Shown piece by piece: positions 46,259 through 57,169 of a DNA stretch of 64,000 nt. Under the pieces are notes generated by a model that was not told the DNA's origin, searched no databases, and saw only the letters and a program-made list of their open reading frames with translations. The stretch comes from an uncultured Gemmatimonadales bacterium (lineage in GTDB: Bacteria; Gemmatimonadota; Gemmatimonadetes; Longimicrobiales; RSA9): contig CAWAMW010000016.1 of assembly GCA_963783305.1 (NCBI GenBank), positions 1 to 64,000 on the forward strand, written 5' to 3'. Numbering within the stretch: position 1 is the first letter of the stretch; every line of letters begins with the position of its first letter. Both the position numbers and the translations under genes were made by a program.

Positions 46259-49200
46259 GGCACCCGTCCCAGTGGTGGGGGGAAGAGCCCCGTGCGCGGA
46301 TCCCCGTGCGGGCCCTGCCGCTCGCGCTGGTCGCGGGAAGCGTGCTCGGTGGCTGCGGGGAAGCCGCGGGCGAGCACGATCCGCCCGCACTCACGGGAGA
46401 CATCTACGCAGCGGTATCATCGGCGCTCCCGGACGGGTTCCTGGCAGCGTCCGCGCCGGCGCCCGGTCCCGTTCTGGTCCCTCCGGCGGACTGGTCCGAG
46501 GCGGTGGCAGAGCGGGAGCCGAACGATGCGGACTCGCTCGCGCAGCCCATGGGCCCGACCCTGACCGCGCGCGGCGAGCTGCTGGGAAGGGACAGCGACT
46601 ACTTCTCCTGGACGGTGGAAGGGGATCCGCAGTACTGGTACCTGGAGGCGATCGTCCCGGGTCGGGAGGAGGCGCTGTACGAGTCGCCGAACGGGAAAGA
46701 TCGGCTCCACCTGGCCAGCATCGGGGAAGAGGCGGACGGGTCGACCGTGCTGGCGCTGTCGGGGCTCTATCTGCTGCCTGGCGAGCACCGGCTCCGGCTC
46801 TGGAGTGGGGACGAGGAGGGGACCGCCGAATACCGGGTGCGTGCGGTGCCCATGGGGCCGGGAGATCCGCGTCTCGAGCGCGAGCCCAACGACGACGAGG
46901 ACCGCGCGCACTCCCTGACTCCGGGCGTGCCCCGGTTCGGCTACCTGCCGGGAAACGACCGCGACTCGTACCGGTACCGCCTCCGGCAGCCGGAGCGGGT
47001 TCGGATCGAGGTCACGAGCCCGGCGGCGCAGCGCCTCGAACTCACCGTGCGGTTTCCCGCGGGCGAGAACCGCACGCTGACGGCTCCGGAATCCGGCGCC
47101 CCGCTGGTGTACGAGGGGCTTAGCCCCGTGGGGGAATTGTCGCTGTCGGTCAGGAGCCTCCAGGGCGGCGGGAGCGACCCGTACCGAATCGCACTCGCCC
47201 GGCTCGACCCGTTCGAGCGGCCCGGGGACCTGGAGCCGAACGACGACGCGGGCCGGGCCGGGCCCCTCCCCGCGACCGGTGTCGCGGAAGGGGATGCCAG
47301 CGGATACGACAGGGACTGGTTCCGGCTGCCATCTACCCCCGCCGGCACGCGCGTGACGCTGGCGCATTCTCTGGAACGGGGTCGGGCTCGAGACGGACTG
47401 CGGCTCCACGTGAGCACCAATGGAGCCCGTCCGACCCGCATCCCATGGGAGCGGGACGACAATATTCTTACCGCCGTACTGCCGGATTCCGGGGTCCCCT
47501 TCCTCGAGGTGAACGTGGACACGGCGTACAGGGTGGAGGTGCGGCTCGACCCCGCGCAGGCCGAGAGGCTCCCACCGCCTGCGCCGCCTTCCGTGACTCT
47601 CTCCCTCTCCGCCCCGGTGCAGACGGTGGCCGCGTTCTGGAGCCGGGCGCAGCGGCTCCGCGTGCCCGTGCGGATCGATAACACGGGTGACGTGGAAGAG
47701 ACGCTCGATTTCGACGCGCTGGTATCCGACCCCCGATGGTCAGCCGTGCTGGAGCCGCAGCGGGTGTCGGTGCCGGCGGGTGGGAGCGCTGGGGCCATGG
47801 CCGTGGTCCTGATCCCGCCCATGGCCGCCAGTGCGGCGCCGGTGCAGCTCGCGGTGGCCGCGTTCGGGTCCGGCCGGGGACACGTGGGCGCCGCCGTCCA
47901 GATCCTCGGCGTGTGCGGCGCGCCGGCGGTGGGGGAGGAGGACTGGTGGCCGGTCCCGGAGGTGATGCTGGGCGGGCTGAACGTGGCGGCTCTGGCCCTC
48001 GGTGCCGGACCCGTCGATGAGGGCTCCGCTTCCTGGACGAGCGAGGAAACGCTCCTCCACGACGAGATGATGCCCGTCCGCTCCGGTTGGGCCGCGGACA
48101 ACGCGGCGCTCCCTGTCGAGCACGACGTACGACTGGCGGGGCCCGGGCTGAGCGAGGTGGTGGGCGTGGTGCTGATGGCCGCGCCGGAGCCGTGGCAGGT
48201 TCCGCCCCGTCGCTTCGAAGTGCTCCTGTCCATTGACGGCGAGCGCTGGGAGCGGGCTCTGGTGGCGGAGCTGCGGGACGTATCGGAAGCGCAGTCGTTC
48301 GTCCTTCCGAATCCCACCACCGCGGCGTTCGCGAAGCTCCGGATCGTGGACGCGCACCGCAAGCAGCCCCACGAGAGCGGGCAGGTCCAGCTGGGCGAAT
48401 TCCAGGTGATCGCGCGGCCGGCCACGCACGCGCTGGAGCGGCGCGAGCTCGACCTGGCCGATCCGCGGCTCGGAGGCCACGTGGTCCGCAGCAGCCCGCA
48501 CGTGCGCTACGCCACCCGGAACATCCTCGGCGAGGGGCGGCGCCCCGTCTTCCGCCCCGACCCCGCCGAGCCCTCGGCCCTAGTGCTCGGTTTCCAGCAC
48601 GACCGCGCGGCCCAGCTGCGGAGGATCGAGTGGGTCCAGCCGTCGGATCCCCAGGCGGACCTGTACGAGAGCGTCCGGATCGCGGCCAGCACCGAGAGTC
48701 CGCTGGGCCCGTGGGTCGCGCTGGGTGAGCTCCACCTCGATGCGACTCATGGCGGCACCAGCACCCTGGAGTTCGGGAGCCCGATCTGGGCGCGGTTCCT
48801 CCGCTTCACTCCGGCGGAGGCAGGGGGCGGCCCGGAGGTCCGCTACCGCCATTTTCCGGACCGGTTGCGCGTGATCGAGCGTGTGCCGGACGAGGAGTAC
48901 CGGTCGATCCTCGGCGCCTGGGGCCTCTACGACCGGAACGCGATCTATGAGAAGCTGACCGCGCGCCGCCGCCCTTCTTCGTCCGCGCCCGGAAACACCG
49001 ACCGTGCCCGTGCGCTGGCCCTCGAACCCGGGCACCCGGTGGCCGGAGTGGTGGAGGCGCAGGGGCGGGAAGCGTGGTACAGGATCGAGGTGCCTCGTGG
49101 GGAGAACCACCTGGAGATCGCCATCGCGCAGGATCCGGGTGTGGTGGTGCAGGTGAGCGTGCTGACTGAAACCGGGGGTGTGGTGCCGGTGGAACGGGCG

Positions 49201-50648
49201 CCGGCACCCGGCCGCTCAGCGCTTTGGAGCGCGGCGGTGGAAGGGGGCGCGACCTACTACGTACGGGTGGCGGAGCCGTGGCGGAACATCACGATCGCGT
49301 GGGACCAGAGCGGCAGCGTGGGCCCGTTCCGGGGGGCGCTGGACCGGGCCCTCACCCGGTTCGTCGAGCAGGTGAAGCCGGGGGTGGAGCGGCTCAACCT
49401 GCTGCCCTTCCGGGATGAGCCCGACGGGCGGTTCGTTCTCGACGAGTTCACCGACCAGGCGGTGCTGCTCCAGGCGGGCCTCGCCTGGAACGGCGAAGGG
49501 GACGGCAGCAGCGAAGCCGAACGCAACCTGCTGGCGGCGAGCCGGGGCATGACCGACCTCGCGGGGACCCGGGCGATCCTGCTCATGACCGACGCGGAAA
49601 GCGATGACAGCGACGTGGTCCCGGAGCTGTGGCGATCCCTCGAGCAGGACCGGCCGCGCATCTTCGCCGTTGAGCTCCAGAGCGGCCAACCGGATCTGCA
49701 GGATGTGATGCAGGACTGGGCGGCCGCGGGCGGCGGTCGCTACGACTACTTCTCCAGCGCCGACGAGCTGGACGCCGCGTTCGAGCGCATGTCGTGCGTA
49801 CTCCGGCAGCCCTCGCTCTTCACGATCTCCGCCACCACCCGCTATCGGGAGCCGCCGGGCCCCGCGCGGATCCGCGTCCTGATGGACAGCAGCCGGGTGC
49901 CTCAGGGGGCCATCGAGCTGGTGCTCAATGCCTCAGGGAGCATGCTGCAGCGGTTGGATGGGACGCGCCGAATCGACATCGCACGGGGGGTCCTCGAGCA
50001 CCTCATAGCCGAGGATCTGCCCGCCGGGACCCCGCTGGCCCTGCGCGTCTTCGGTCACCGGGAAGCGAACGCCTGCCGCACCGACCTGGAGGCCCCGCTG
50101 GCGCCCCTGGACCGCGACGCAATGCGCCAGCGGATCCGTGGCATCGAGGCCATGAACCTCGCGAGGACCCCCATCGGCGCCTCGCTGCTGGAGGTCCGAA
50201 CGGACCTGCGGGGCGCAGCCGGGCGCAAGATCGTGGTGCTGATCACCGACGGGGAAGAGACCTGTGACGGCGACCCGGCCGCGGCCATCGACTCGCTCAA
50301 GGCGTGGGGGGTCGACCCCCGGCTGAGCGTGATCGGGTTCGCCGTGGACGATGAGGGGCTGAAGGCGGAGTTCCAGCGGTGGGCCCGGGCTGGCGGCGGG
50401 CAGTACTTCGAGGCCTGGGGCGCGGCCGAGCTCGGCGAAGCCCTCCGCAAGGCCCTGCGGCCGAAGTACCAGATCGTGAGCGAAACCGGTGAGATCGTCG
50501 CGGAAGGAAGCGCCGGGGATGGGGGGCAGAGGTGCCCCCCGGCCGTTACGGCGTGCGGCTGTTGATCTCGCCGGTCGCTGCATCGCCCACCCTAGAGGTC
50601 AGCGGGGACCAGCAGGTCGTCGTAACCCTACCGGAAACACCCAGGTGA
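46255..50648 (+). CDS. Giant lipoprotein: ExEPND/PPC-like repeats, discoidin-like domains and two vWA domains; frameshift near the 3' end
   Basis: Lipobox LGGC; three (E/L)EPND motifs; vWA motifs WDQSGS...LMTDAE and LNASGS...TPIG...LITDGEETC. The ORF as given stops at 50565; the likely true end is 50648 (shift at G6, 50521-50526). Confidence 0.8.
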
Positions 50649-50679
50649 GATTGTCCACGTCAAACCTCAAGGAGACATC

Positions 50680-51207
50680 ATGCATCAGACACGTGAGCAG
50701 GTAGATACGCAGGCGACCGCGACCGGCGGCTCGGGACAGGATCCGCGCACGGCCGGAGTTCCCGACACAACCCAGCCGGCGGGCCCCGTCCCGGCCGATC
50801 TGGGGACACGGATCATCGCCGGTTTGATCGACACAGGTCTGGCCATCGTGGTCGGCTTCATCCCCCTGATCGGCGGACTGGCGGCCACGGCGTACTGGCT
50901 GGTACGGGACGGCCTCGAGGTCAATGGGCTGCGGCATCGCTCGCTGGGCAAGAAGCTCATGGGCCTGAAGCCGGTGCGGCTGGACGGGGCGTCCATGGAC
51001 CTTGCCACCTCGGCCCGTCGCAACTGGCCGTTCGCGTTCGGCGGCGTCGTTCAGATCCTGATGTTCATCCCGTTCGTCGGCTGGCTCCTCATGGTGCCTG
51101 TGGCGCTGGTGGCGCTGGTCGTGGGGATCACGGAGATCGTGCTGATCCTGACCGGTGGCCGTCGGCTCGGGGATCGCACGGCCGGCACGCAGGTGGTGAA
51201 GGCATGA
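50680..51207 (+). CDS. RDD-family membrane protein
   Basis: RIIAGLID, SLGKKLMGL, RRLGDRTAGTQVV; AAGGAG RBS. Confidence 0.92.
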   Translation: MHQTREQVDTQATATGGSGQDPRTAGVPDTTQPAGPVPADLGTRIIAGLIDTGLAIVVGFIPLIGGLAATAYWLVRDGLEVNGLRHRSLGKKLMGLKPVRLDGASMDLATSARRNWPFAFGGVVQILMFIPFVGWLLMVPVALVALVVGITEIVLILTGGRRLGDRTAGTQVVKA

Positions 51208-52100
51208 TGAGGGGGACGATCGCCGCTGTCGCAGCGCTCATGATCGCTGCCCCCCTCACCGGGCAGGCTGTGCGCTGGGTCGCACCCGTGTACCCGGGAG
51301 CGGTGGAAGCCGGGGACAAGGGGATATTCCTGTCCCGCGACGGGGCGGAGAAGGTGGTCGCTTTCTACCAGGGCCGGCTCGGTGCGGGAAAGACGGCCGG
51401 GAAGACCGACCGGTGGGTGGCGCCGTACGCCTATACCGATGAGGGCGACACCTACTGGCTGGTGGTTTCCTTCGACGAGGCCCGGGCCATTACCGGGGAG
51501 ACCCTGAACGAGAACATGAGCACCACGGCCGCCGGGGTGCTGGTGAGAGGGCTGTACCCTGAGGCCCGGGTCGATCCGGAGAGCCCGGGCGACCTGCGGG
51601 CGGTCGGCAGCTATTACGACCGGATCGAAACCATGGTGCGGCTCGGCTCCCTCGAGCGGGCCCCGGCTCGCGCGCTCATGGAGAAGTACAGACACCTCGC
51701 CCGTCGCCACTATCCCCGTGTGGATCGGAGGGGGCAGCGGGTGCCGCTGTACGAGGTGCAGGAGGCCCGCTGTGGCGACCAGATCCTGACGGGAGTCGTC
51801 GCGACTACGGCCGCACCGCCCACCGAGGAGACCCTCGAAGCGATGACGGCGCGGATGGAGTCGCTGATTGCCGAGGGGAAGGTACAGGAGGCGCTGCAGC
51901 TCCAGCAGCGGGTGATGGAGCTGGCCATGGGTGGCGCCATGGCGGAGGCGGCGGCGGACGCAGAAGAGGATGGTCTCCCCACAATGAAGTCCGGGGAGAT
52001 CCTGCAGCGATTCGAGGCGTGCCTCCAGGAACTGGAGACGCAGTCGTACGCCACGCTCATCACCATCAGTACCCACCCCTCACAATGGCCCAGACACTGA
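51204..52100 (+). CDS. Hypothetical secreted protein
   Basis: Signal peptide, PVYPGA motif, helical C-terminus; ATGA overlap with the RDD gene. Confidence 0.75.
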   Translation: MMRGTIAAVAALMIAAPLTGQAVRWVAPVYPGAVEAGDKGIFLSRDGAEKVVAFYQGRLGAGKTAGKTDRWVAPYAYTDEGDTYWLVVSFDEARAITGETLNENMSTTAAGVLVRGLYPEARVDPESPGDLRAVGSYYDRIETMVRLGSLERAPARALMEKYRHLARRHYPRVDRRGQRVPLYEVQEARCGDQILTGVVATTAAPPTEETLEAMTARMESLIAEGKVQEALQLQQRVMELAMGGAMAEAAADAEEDGLPTMKSGEILQRFEACLQELETQSYATLITISTHPSQWPRH

Positions 52101-52134
52101 CCCCGATCCGCGTCCGCGCGGAGGAAGGTGCATC

Positions 52135-53196
52135 ATGAAGACAATCCACTGGATCGCGGTGGCGATCATCGCGGGCGCGGTCGTGCAGCCGCTCTCTGCC
52201 CAGGACGTCCGGTTCCGGACCCAGAGCGAGTTCAAGACCAGCGGTGCGCTGGGCAAGCTCATGTCCATGGCCAGCCGGGCTCAGGGCGACGACGCCCAGA
52301 TCCGCACGGAGTACGTGAGCGGCCGACGGATGCGGACGGACGAGGGCCCGGCCTCGTCCACGATCATCGACCTGGAGCAGAACCGGATGTACATGCTCCA
52401 GCACGAGGAGAAGACGTATTTCGCGATGTCGCTCGACAGCATGGTCGCGGGGATGGCGGCCGTGGGCGAGGCCATGGCCGGGGCCGAGGTCCAGCCGCAG
52501 CCGGGGGTGGAGGAGGCACCGAGTCTGGAGTTCAAGGTGGACGTGGACCGGACCGGCGAGCGGTCGGAGATCTCCGGGCATCGGGCCGAGCGGGTGCTCC
52601 TGACTCTGGAAGCGGAGCGCACGGAGTCGGCCCCCGACCCAGGCGCCGACGAGGACGGGCCGCCCACCCGCCTGGTCCTGCTCATGGACCTGTGGCTGAG
52701 CGATGACGTGCCGGGGTACGGCACGCTCCAGGCGTTCCAGCAGGAGCTCGCCACGAACATGCAGGCGGCCGCTCCGGGTGCAGCCGGCGCCGCCGGCATG
52801 ATGCTCGACATGATCACACAGACACCGGGAACCCAGCAGGCGCTGGAGAAGGCCGCCGAAGAAATGCGGAAGCTGCCCGGGATGCCCGTACGTACGTCCA
52901 CGTACATCGTGACCGTCCCGGTCGCGGAGAAGTTCCAGCGCGACCCGGTGCTGAACCCCGAAAGCCCGAGCGCGGGGAGCGCCGCCAAGTCAGCGGCGCG
53001 CAGCGCCATCGGTGGGCTCTTCGGTCGGAAGAAGCAGGCCCCCGATGAGGAGACGGCCGAGCCGACGCAGAGCACGGTGCTCACCCTGATCGACACTCTC
53101 CTGGAGGCGGATACCGCCACGCTCTCTCCCGATCTCTTCCGGGTCCCGGCGGACTACACGGAGATCGAGGCAGCGACGGACCCGGAGGAGATGTGA
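52135..53196 (+). CDS. Secreted DUF4412-like protein
   Basis: Signal peptide; RMRTD..STIIDL, TGERSEISGH, LW, LFRVPADY. Confidence 0.75.
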   Translation: MKTIHWIAVAIIAGAVVQPLSAQDVRFRTQSEFKTSGALGKLMSMASRAQGDDAQIRTEYVSGRRMRTDEGPASSTIIDLEQNRMYMLQHEEKTYFAMSLDSMVAGMAAVGEAMAGAEVQPQPGVEEAPSLEFKVDVDRTGERSEISGHRAERVLLTLEAERTESAPDPGADEDGPPTRLVLLMDLWLSDDVPGYGTLQAFQQELATNMQAAAPGAAGAAGMMLDMITQTPGTQQALEKAAEEMRKLPGMPVRTSTYIVTVPVAEKFQRDPVLNPESPSAGSAAKSAARSAIGGLFGRKKQAPDEETAEPTQSTVLTLIDTLLEADTATLSPDLFRVPADYTEIEAATDPEEM

Positions 53197-53876
53197 GCGA
53201 TCCACTCAGGCCATCACGGAGGCGCGCAACGGAGCAGGGAGGACGGACGCGGACAGCGGCCGCTATCGGGCTGGCGCTGCTCTCCAGCATCCTGCTGGGC
53301 GCGTGTATGGGCGAGCCGGAAGCGGGGGACGCGGAGGGAGCGGAGCCCGCGGACGTCGCGGAGGTGGCAGAGGTGGCAGAGGTGGCAGAGGTGGCGGAAG
53401 CCGACGCGGATGGAGGGGAGACGCTCGACGATCTTTGGGCGGAGATCGAGGCAAAGGAGGCGGAGATCCGGGAGCAGACGAATGCGCCGGATCTGGACGT
53501 GTGTGGTGCGCTGGATACCGATGCGCTCATCGCCGTCATGCCGGCCACGGACTACAACCCGGTTACCGCGGAATCCGACCAGAACATGTTCGGACCGCTG
53601 TGCAGGTTCAGCGGCGGCAAGCCCGCCTATAACCTGACCGCAAGAGTGGAGGCGAGCTCACTCTCGGTGGAGGAGGTGCTCGCGACCTACCAGGGGGCGC
53701 CGGAGCTGCCCGAAGTCGGGTCCGGGGTTCGGTACTACTTCAATCCGAACGCCCCGGATCACCGCAGCTACGTGTTCGAAGCCCGGGGTCTCACGTTCAA
53801 GGTGATGACCATGTACTCCGACGAGACCTCGTCCCGGGAATTCGCCCGGCGAGCCGTTTCCATGATACGGGGATAG
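53193..53876 (+). CDS. Hypothetical lipoprotein
   Basis: Lipobox LGAC; acidic linker with (VAE)x4 from a 9-bp repeat; DVC...LC pair; GTGA overlap with the upstream gene. Confidence 0.7.
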   Translation: MSDPLRPSRRRATEQGGRTRTAAAIGLALLSSILLGACMGEPEAGDAEGAEPADVAEVAEVAEVAEVAEADADGGETLDDLWAEIEAKEAEIREQTNAPDLDVCGALDTDALIAVMPATDYNPVTAESDQNMFGPLCRFSGGKPAYNLTARVEASSLSVEEVLATYQGAPELPEVGSGVRYYFNPNAPDHRSYVFEARGLTFKVMTMYSDETSSREFARRAVSMIRG

Positions 53877-53885
53877 GAAGCAGAA

Positions 53886-54629
53886 ATGCGGAATATGAAG
53901 CGAGTGTCGTACTGCGCGTTGGTCGCGCTGCTGTCGAGCGTGGCGTGCTCACCGGCCTCGGCCGGTGAGGAAGGGGCCGAGGAGGGCGCAACCCGGGGAG
54001 GGCGTAGCGCCCGGGCGGAGTCGATCCGGGAGCCGGACGCGGCGGACCTTCTGGTCGCGCCACCATCGGGGGCCCAGTTCCAGGCGGAGGCTTCGGAAGC
54101 GGAGAATGAGAGTGGCAACAGCGGGTCCACACGGTACGGTACGACCGGCGGCTTCCGGGCGGAACGTGCCGTGGACTACGTGTATCTCACGGATGGCTCG
54201 CTGGAGGAGGTCGCGCGGTACTACGAGGACGCAACGGCGGACAGCCCGCACAACGTGGACATGGAAGACATGTTCACCGATTACAACCGCGATGAGCTGG
54301 ACGTGCAGGAGGAGTCGCCCGCCGGACTGCCGCCGGACGAGATGGAGGCCATGCTCCGGCAGTACGGTGAGCAGGGGGTCCTGGACGAGGCGGAGCTGGA
54401 GGAATCGCTGGAGAATATGAAGACGTACCGCAAGATCTACCCGAAGATCAAGGACGTCACCCTGCACACGCTCGAGTTCGGGATGGAGGAGGAGTTCGAA
54501 GGGCGGGACGAGTACCGCAAGGTCGATGTCCACCTGATTCGGCCGTACGTCGATCTGGCCGCCCTGGAGGTACGCGACCGCACGGCCATCATCTACACCG
54601 TGCACTACATGAAGCGGCAAGCTCCCTGA
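53886..54629 (+). CDS. Hypothetical acidic lipoprotein
   Basis: Lipobox SVAC; strong GC3 codon bias. Confidence 0.75.
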   Translation: MRNMKRVSYCALVALLSSVACSPASAGEEGAEEGATRGGRSARAESIREPDAADLLVAPPSGAQFQAEASEAENESGNSGSTRYGTTGGFRAERAVDYVYLTDGSLEEVARYYEDATADSPHNVDMEDMFTDYNRDELDVQEESPAGLPPDEMEAMLRQYGEQGVLDEAELEESLENMKTYRKIYPKIKDVTLHTLEFGMEEEFEGRDEYRKVDVHLIRPYVDLAALEVRDRTAIIYTVHYMKRQAP

Positions 54630-54699
54630 GCCGCACCCGGGTGGGAAGGAGGGGACCGCCAGAGAGACGCTTCGTGGCGACCCTGTTCGACAGCGACAG

Positions 54700-55242
54700 C
54701 TACGGCTGGACGGTGCCCTCCTTCTCGACCACGGTGAGGACCGCATCCACGAACGTCTCCAGGTACGCTTCCAGCTGGTCGGCGGAAATGGCGGCGTAGC
54801 TGGCGCGGCCGTAGACATGGAAGAGGCCGCTCCGGATGATCCTCACCACCTGCGCGATGGCGGCATCGACCTCGAGCCGGTTGCCGTCGCCGGCGGCGGC
54901 CACGAGGGCGGTGGCGAACATCCGCAGGTGGGAGCGAAGCTCGTCCGCTTCCCTGTCCTCGAACCCCGTGTCCGAGGTGGGGGGGACCACGCCCCTGCCG
55001 ATGGTCTGCACGACCGCATCGATGGAGGCGTCCACTCCGGCTTCCGCGTCCGACCGGGCGGCGCGCATGACCCGCGCGGCGAACTCGCGCAGGCGGTCCC
55101 GGAGCACCTCGGCCTGCCCCGCATCGAAGCCGTCGCTCCCGTCGGCGTGGGTGACCCCGTTCTGGATGGCGAGGACGAGCTCATCCACCACGTTCTCGAC
55201 CTCGGCGCGAGCTTTACTGGCGACAGCGCCGGCATTGTTCAT
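54700..55242 (-). CDS. Hypothetical protein made of three 55-aa helical repeats
   Basis: Gapless self-alignment at period 55; starts 2 bp after the pyk stop. Confidence 0.75.
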   Translation of the reverse strand: MNNAGAVASKARAEVENVVDELVLAIQNGVTHADGSDGFDAGQAEVLRDRLREFAARVMRAARSDAEAGVDASIDAVVQTIGRGVVPPTSDTGFEDREADELRSHLRMFATALVAAAGDGNRLEVDAAIAQVVRIIRSGLFHVYGRASYAAISADQLEAYLETFVDAVLTVVEKEGTVQP

Positions 55243-55244
55243 GG

Positions 55245-56669
55245 CTACAGCTCCTCCACCCGCATGGTGTTCGTGGCGCCGCTGATCCCGGCGGGGAGCC
55301 CGGCGGTGACGATGATGCGCTGACCCATGTGGCCGAGCCCGCGCTCAATGACCTGGCGCTGGCCGATGGCAATCATGGTGTCGTTGTTGGTACCATCGCT
55401 GACGTGGACGGCCTGGACGCCCCAGACGAGGGCGAGGGCGCGGTAGGTCCCGAGCTTCCGGGTGATGGCGAGGATGGGGACCTGGGGTCGGAAGCTGGAT
55501 ACGAGCCGGGCCGTAACGCCGTTCTCGGTAAGGGTGACGATGGCGGCGGCGTCCACCGTCCGGGCGGTATCCACCACGGCGGATCCCACGGCGGTGCCGG
55601 TCTCGAATCCGCCGGGGGTGTGGCGGCGCTCTGCGGGTCGCCCGGGGAACTCCTTCTCGTTGTCCAGGAACCACTGCTCCGTGGCCACCACGATGTCGTG
55701 CATGGCGCGGACGGCTTCCACCGGGTACTCGCCCACGGCGGTCTCTCCGGAAAGCATCACGGCGTCGGTGCCATCGTAGACGGCGTTGGCCACGTCACTG
55801 GCCTCCGCGCGGGTGGGGCGGGAGCTGTGGATCATGGACTCGAGCATCTGGGTGGCGGTGATGACCGGCTTCCCCATCTCCTGCGCCCTGTGGATGATGT
55901 GTTTCTGCGCGGCGGGCACGTCCTGGAACGGCAGCTCCACGCCCAGGTCGCCGCGGGCGACCATGACGCCATCGGCGGCCTCCAGGATAGCGTCGAGGGA
56001 CTGGAGCGCGGTGTCCTTTTCGATCTTGGCGATGATCCGGGGCGCGAGCCCGTCGTGCGGGAGGAGGCGGCGCAGCTCCCGGACGTCCTCGGCCCGCCGG
56101 ACGAAGGAGAGGCCGAGATAGGTGACCTGGTGCTGGACGGCGAAGCGGGCGTCCGCGCGGTCCTTTTCGGTCAGGGCGGGCGCGCTCACCTGCACGCCCG
56201 GCAGGTTGATCCCCTTGTTGGACTTGAGCACGCCGCCGACGGCGACGCGGGCGACCACCTTCCCAGCGAGGATCTCCGAGACCTCGAGGGCCATGGCCCC
56301 GTCATCGAGGAGGATGCGGGTGCCAGGGACCACGTCCTCGGCCAGCTCCGCGTAGGTGGTGGGGAGCTCACCGGGCGCGGTGGTCTCCCGGGGCGAGAGG
56401 ATGACGTCGTCGCCCTCGTGCAGGGTGACGGGCTCGGGGAGGGAGCCGATGCGGATCTTCGGACCGGCGAGGTCGCCGAGCATGGCGATGTTGGCGTTCC
56501 GATCGCGCGCCAGCCGCCGGATGTCACGGATGACCGGGACCAGGTCCTCGTGGCGGCTGTGGGCGAAATTCAGCCTGAAGACGTTGACGCCGGCGTCCAT
56601 CAGCGCAGCGAGTCGGTCGGGCGGCGTGGAGGCCGGTCCGAGCGTCGCCACGATTTTCGTTCTACGCAT
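55245..56669 (-). CDS. pyk: Pyruvate kinase
   Basis: RRTKIVATLGPAS, DLAGPKIR, IAKIEK, VMVARGDLGVE, ATQMLESM, DAVMLSGETA. Confidence 0.97.
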   Translation of the reverse strand: MRRTKIVATLGPASTPPDRLAALMDAGVNVFRLNFAHSRHEDLVPVIRDIRRLARDRNANIAMLGDLAGPKIRIGSLPEPVTLHEGDDVILSPRETTAPGELPTTYAELAEDVVPGTRILLDDGAMALEVSEILAGKVVARVAVGGVLKSNKGINLPGVQVSAPALTEKDRADARFAVQHQVTYLGLSFVRRAEDVRELRRLLPHDGLAPRIIAKIEKDTALQSLDAILEAADGVMVARGDLGVELPFQDVPAAQKHIIHRAQEMGKPVITATQMLESMIHSSRPTRAEASDVANAVYDGTDAVMLSGETAVGEYPVEAVRAMHDIVVATEQWFLDNEKEFPGRPAERRHTPGGFETGTAVGSAVVDTARTVDAAAIVTLTENGVTARLVSSFRPQVPILAITRKLGTYRALALVWGVQAVHVSDGTNNDTMIAIGQRQVIERGLGHMGQRIIVTAGLPAGISGATNTMRVEEL

Positions 56670-56779
56670 TCAACCGCTGCTCTTTCGTATTCGGATTCGC
56701 GAGCGCGCGAAGGTCGGGTCGCGCCCCGCTGAAGCTGAGTAGAGGAATCGGACGGGGCAACACCGGCCGCCCCGGTGCG

Positions 56780-56995
56780 TCAGCCGGCCTGCTGGCGCTG
56801 CTGGGCCGCCGCGTAGCATTCGGCTGCGCGGGCTGAGAGGTTCTTGGCGGTCTCGAGGTCATCGGCCTGGACGGCCTGCGACGCGTACTGGTCGCATTCC
56901 AGCTTCGGATTCCTCTCGGGGTCTTCCTCGCCGCCCCCGGGCAGGAGCGCGCAGCCGGACAGGAGCAGAGCGGAAGCAAGGGCGAAGGGTCTCAT
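56780..56995 (-). CDS. Small lipoprotein
   Basis: GAGGA RBS, lipobox LSGC, helical hairpin with two further Cys. Confidence 0.7.
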   Translation of the reverse strand: MRPFALASALLLSGCALLPGGGEEDPERNPKLECDQYASQAVQADDLETAKNLSARAAECYAAAQQRQQAG

Positions 56996-57169
56996 AAGTC
57001 CTCTCTGAACGGTTTCGGTTGGTCACAGGCGATGCGAGATTCGCTCCACCGTGGTCCGGGAATGTGGAATGTGGAACCTGGTCCGGCTTGCGCGCCGGCT
57101 TGCGCGCTCGCGACTCGCCGCCGACCGTAACGGGGTCGTTCACGACCACTCCAGCCCAGGTCAGGTGCC

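Noticed and set aside
53355..53400. Short in-frame coding repeats (9-bp VAE x4; also near 35915, 41275 and 62360)
   Set aside because: Ordinary slippage in low-complexity linkers; frame-preserving.
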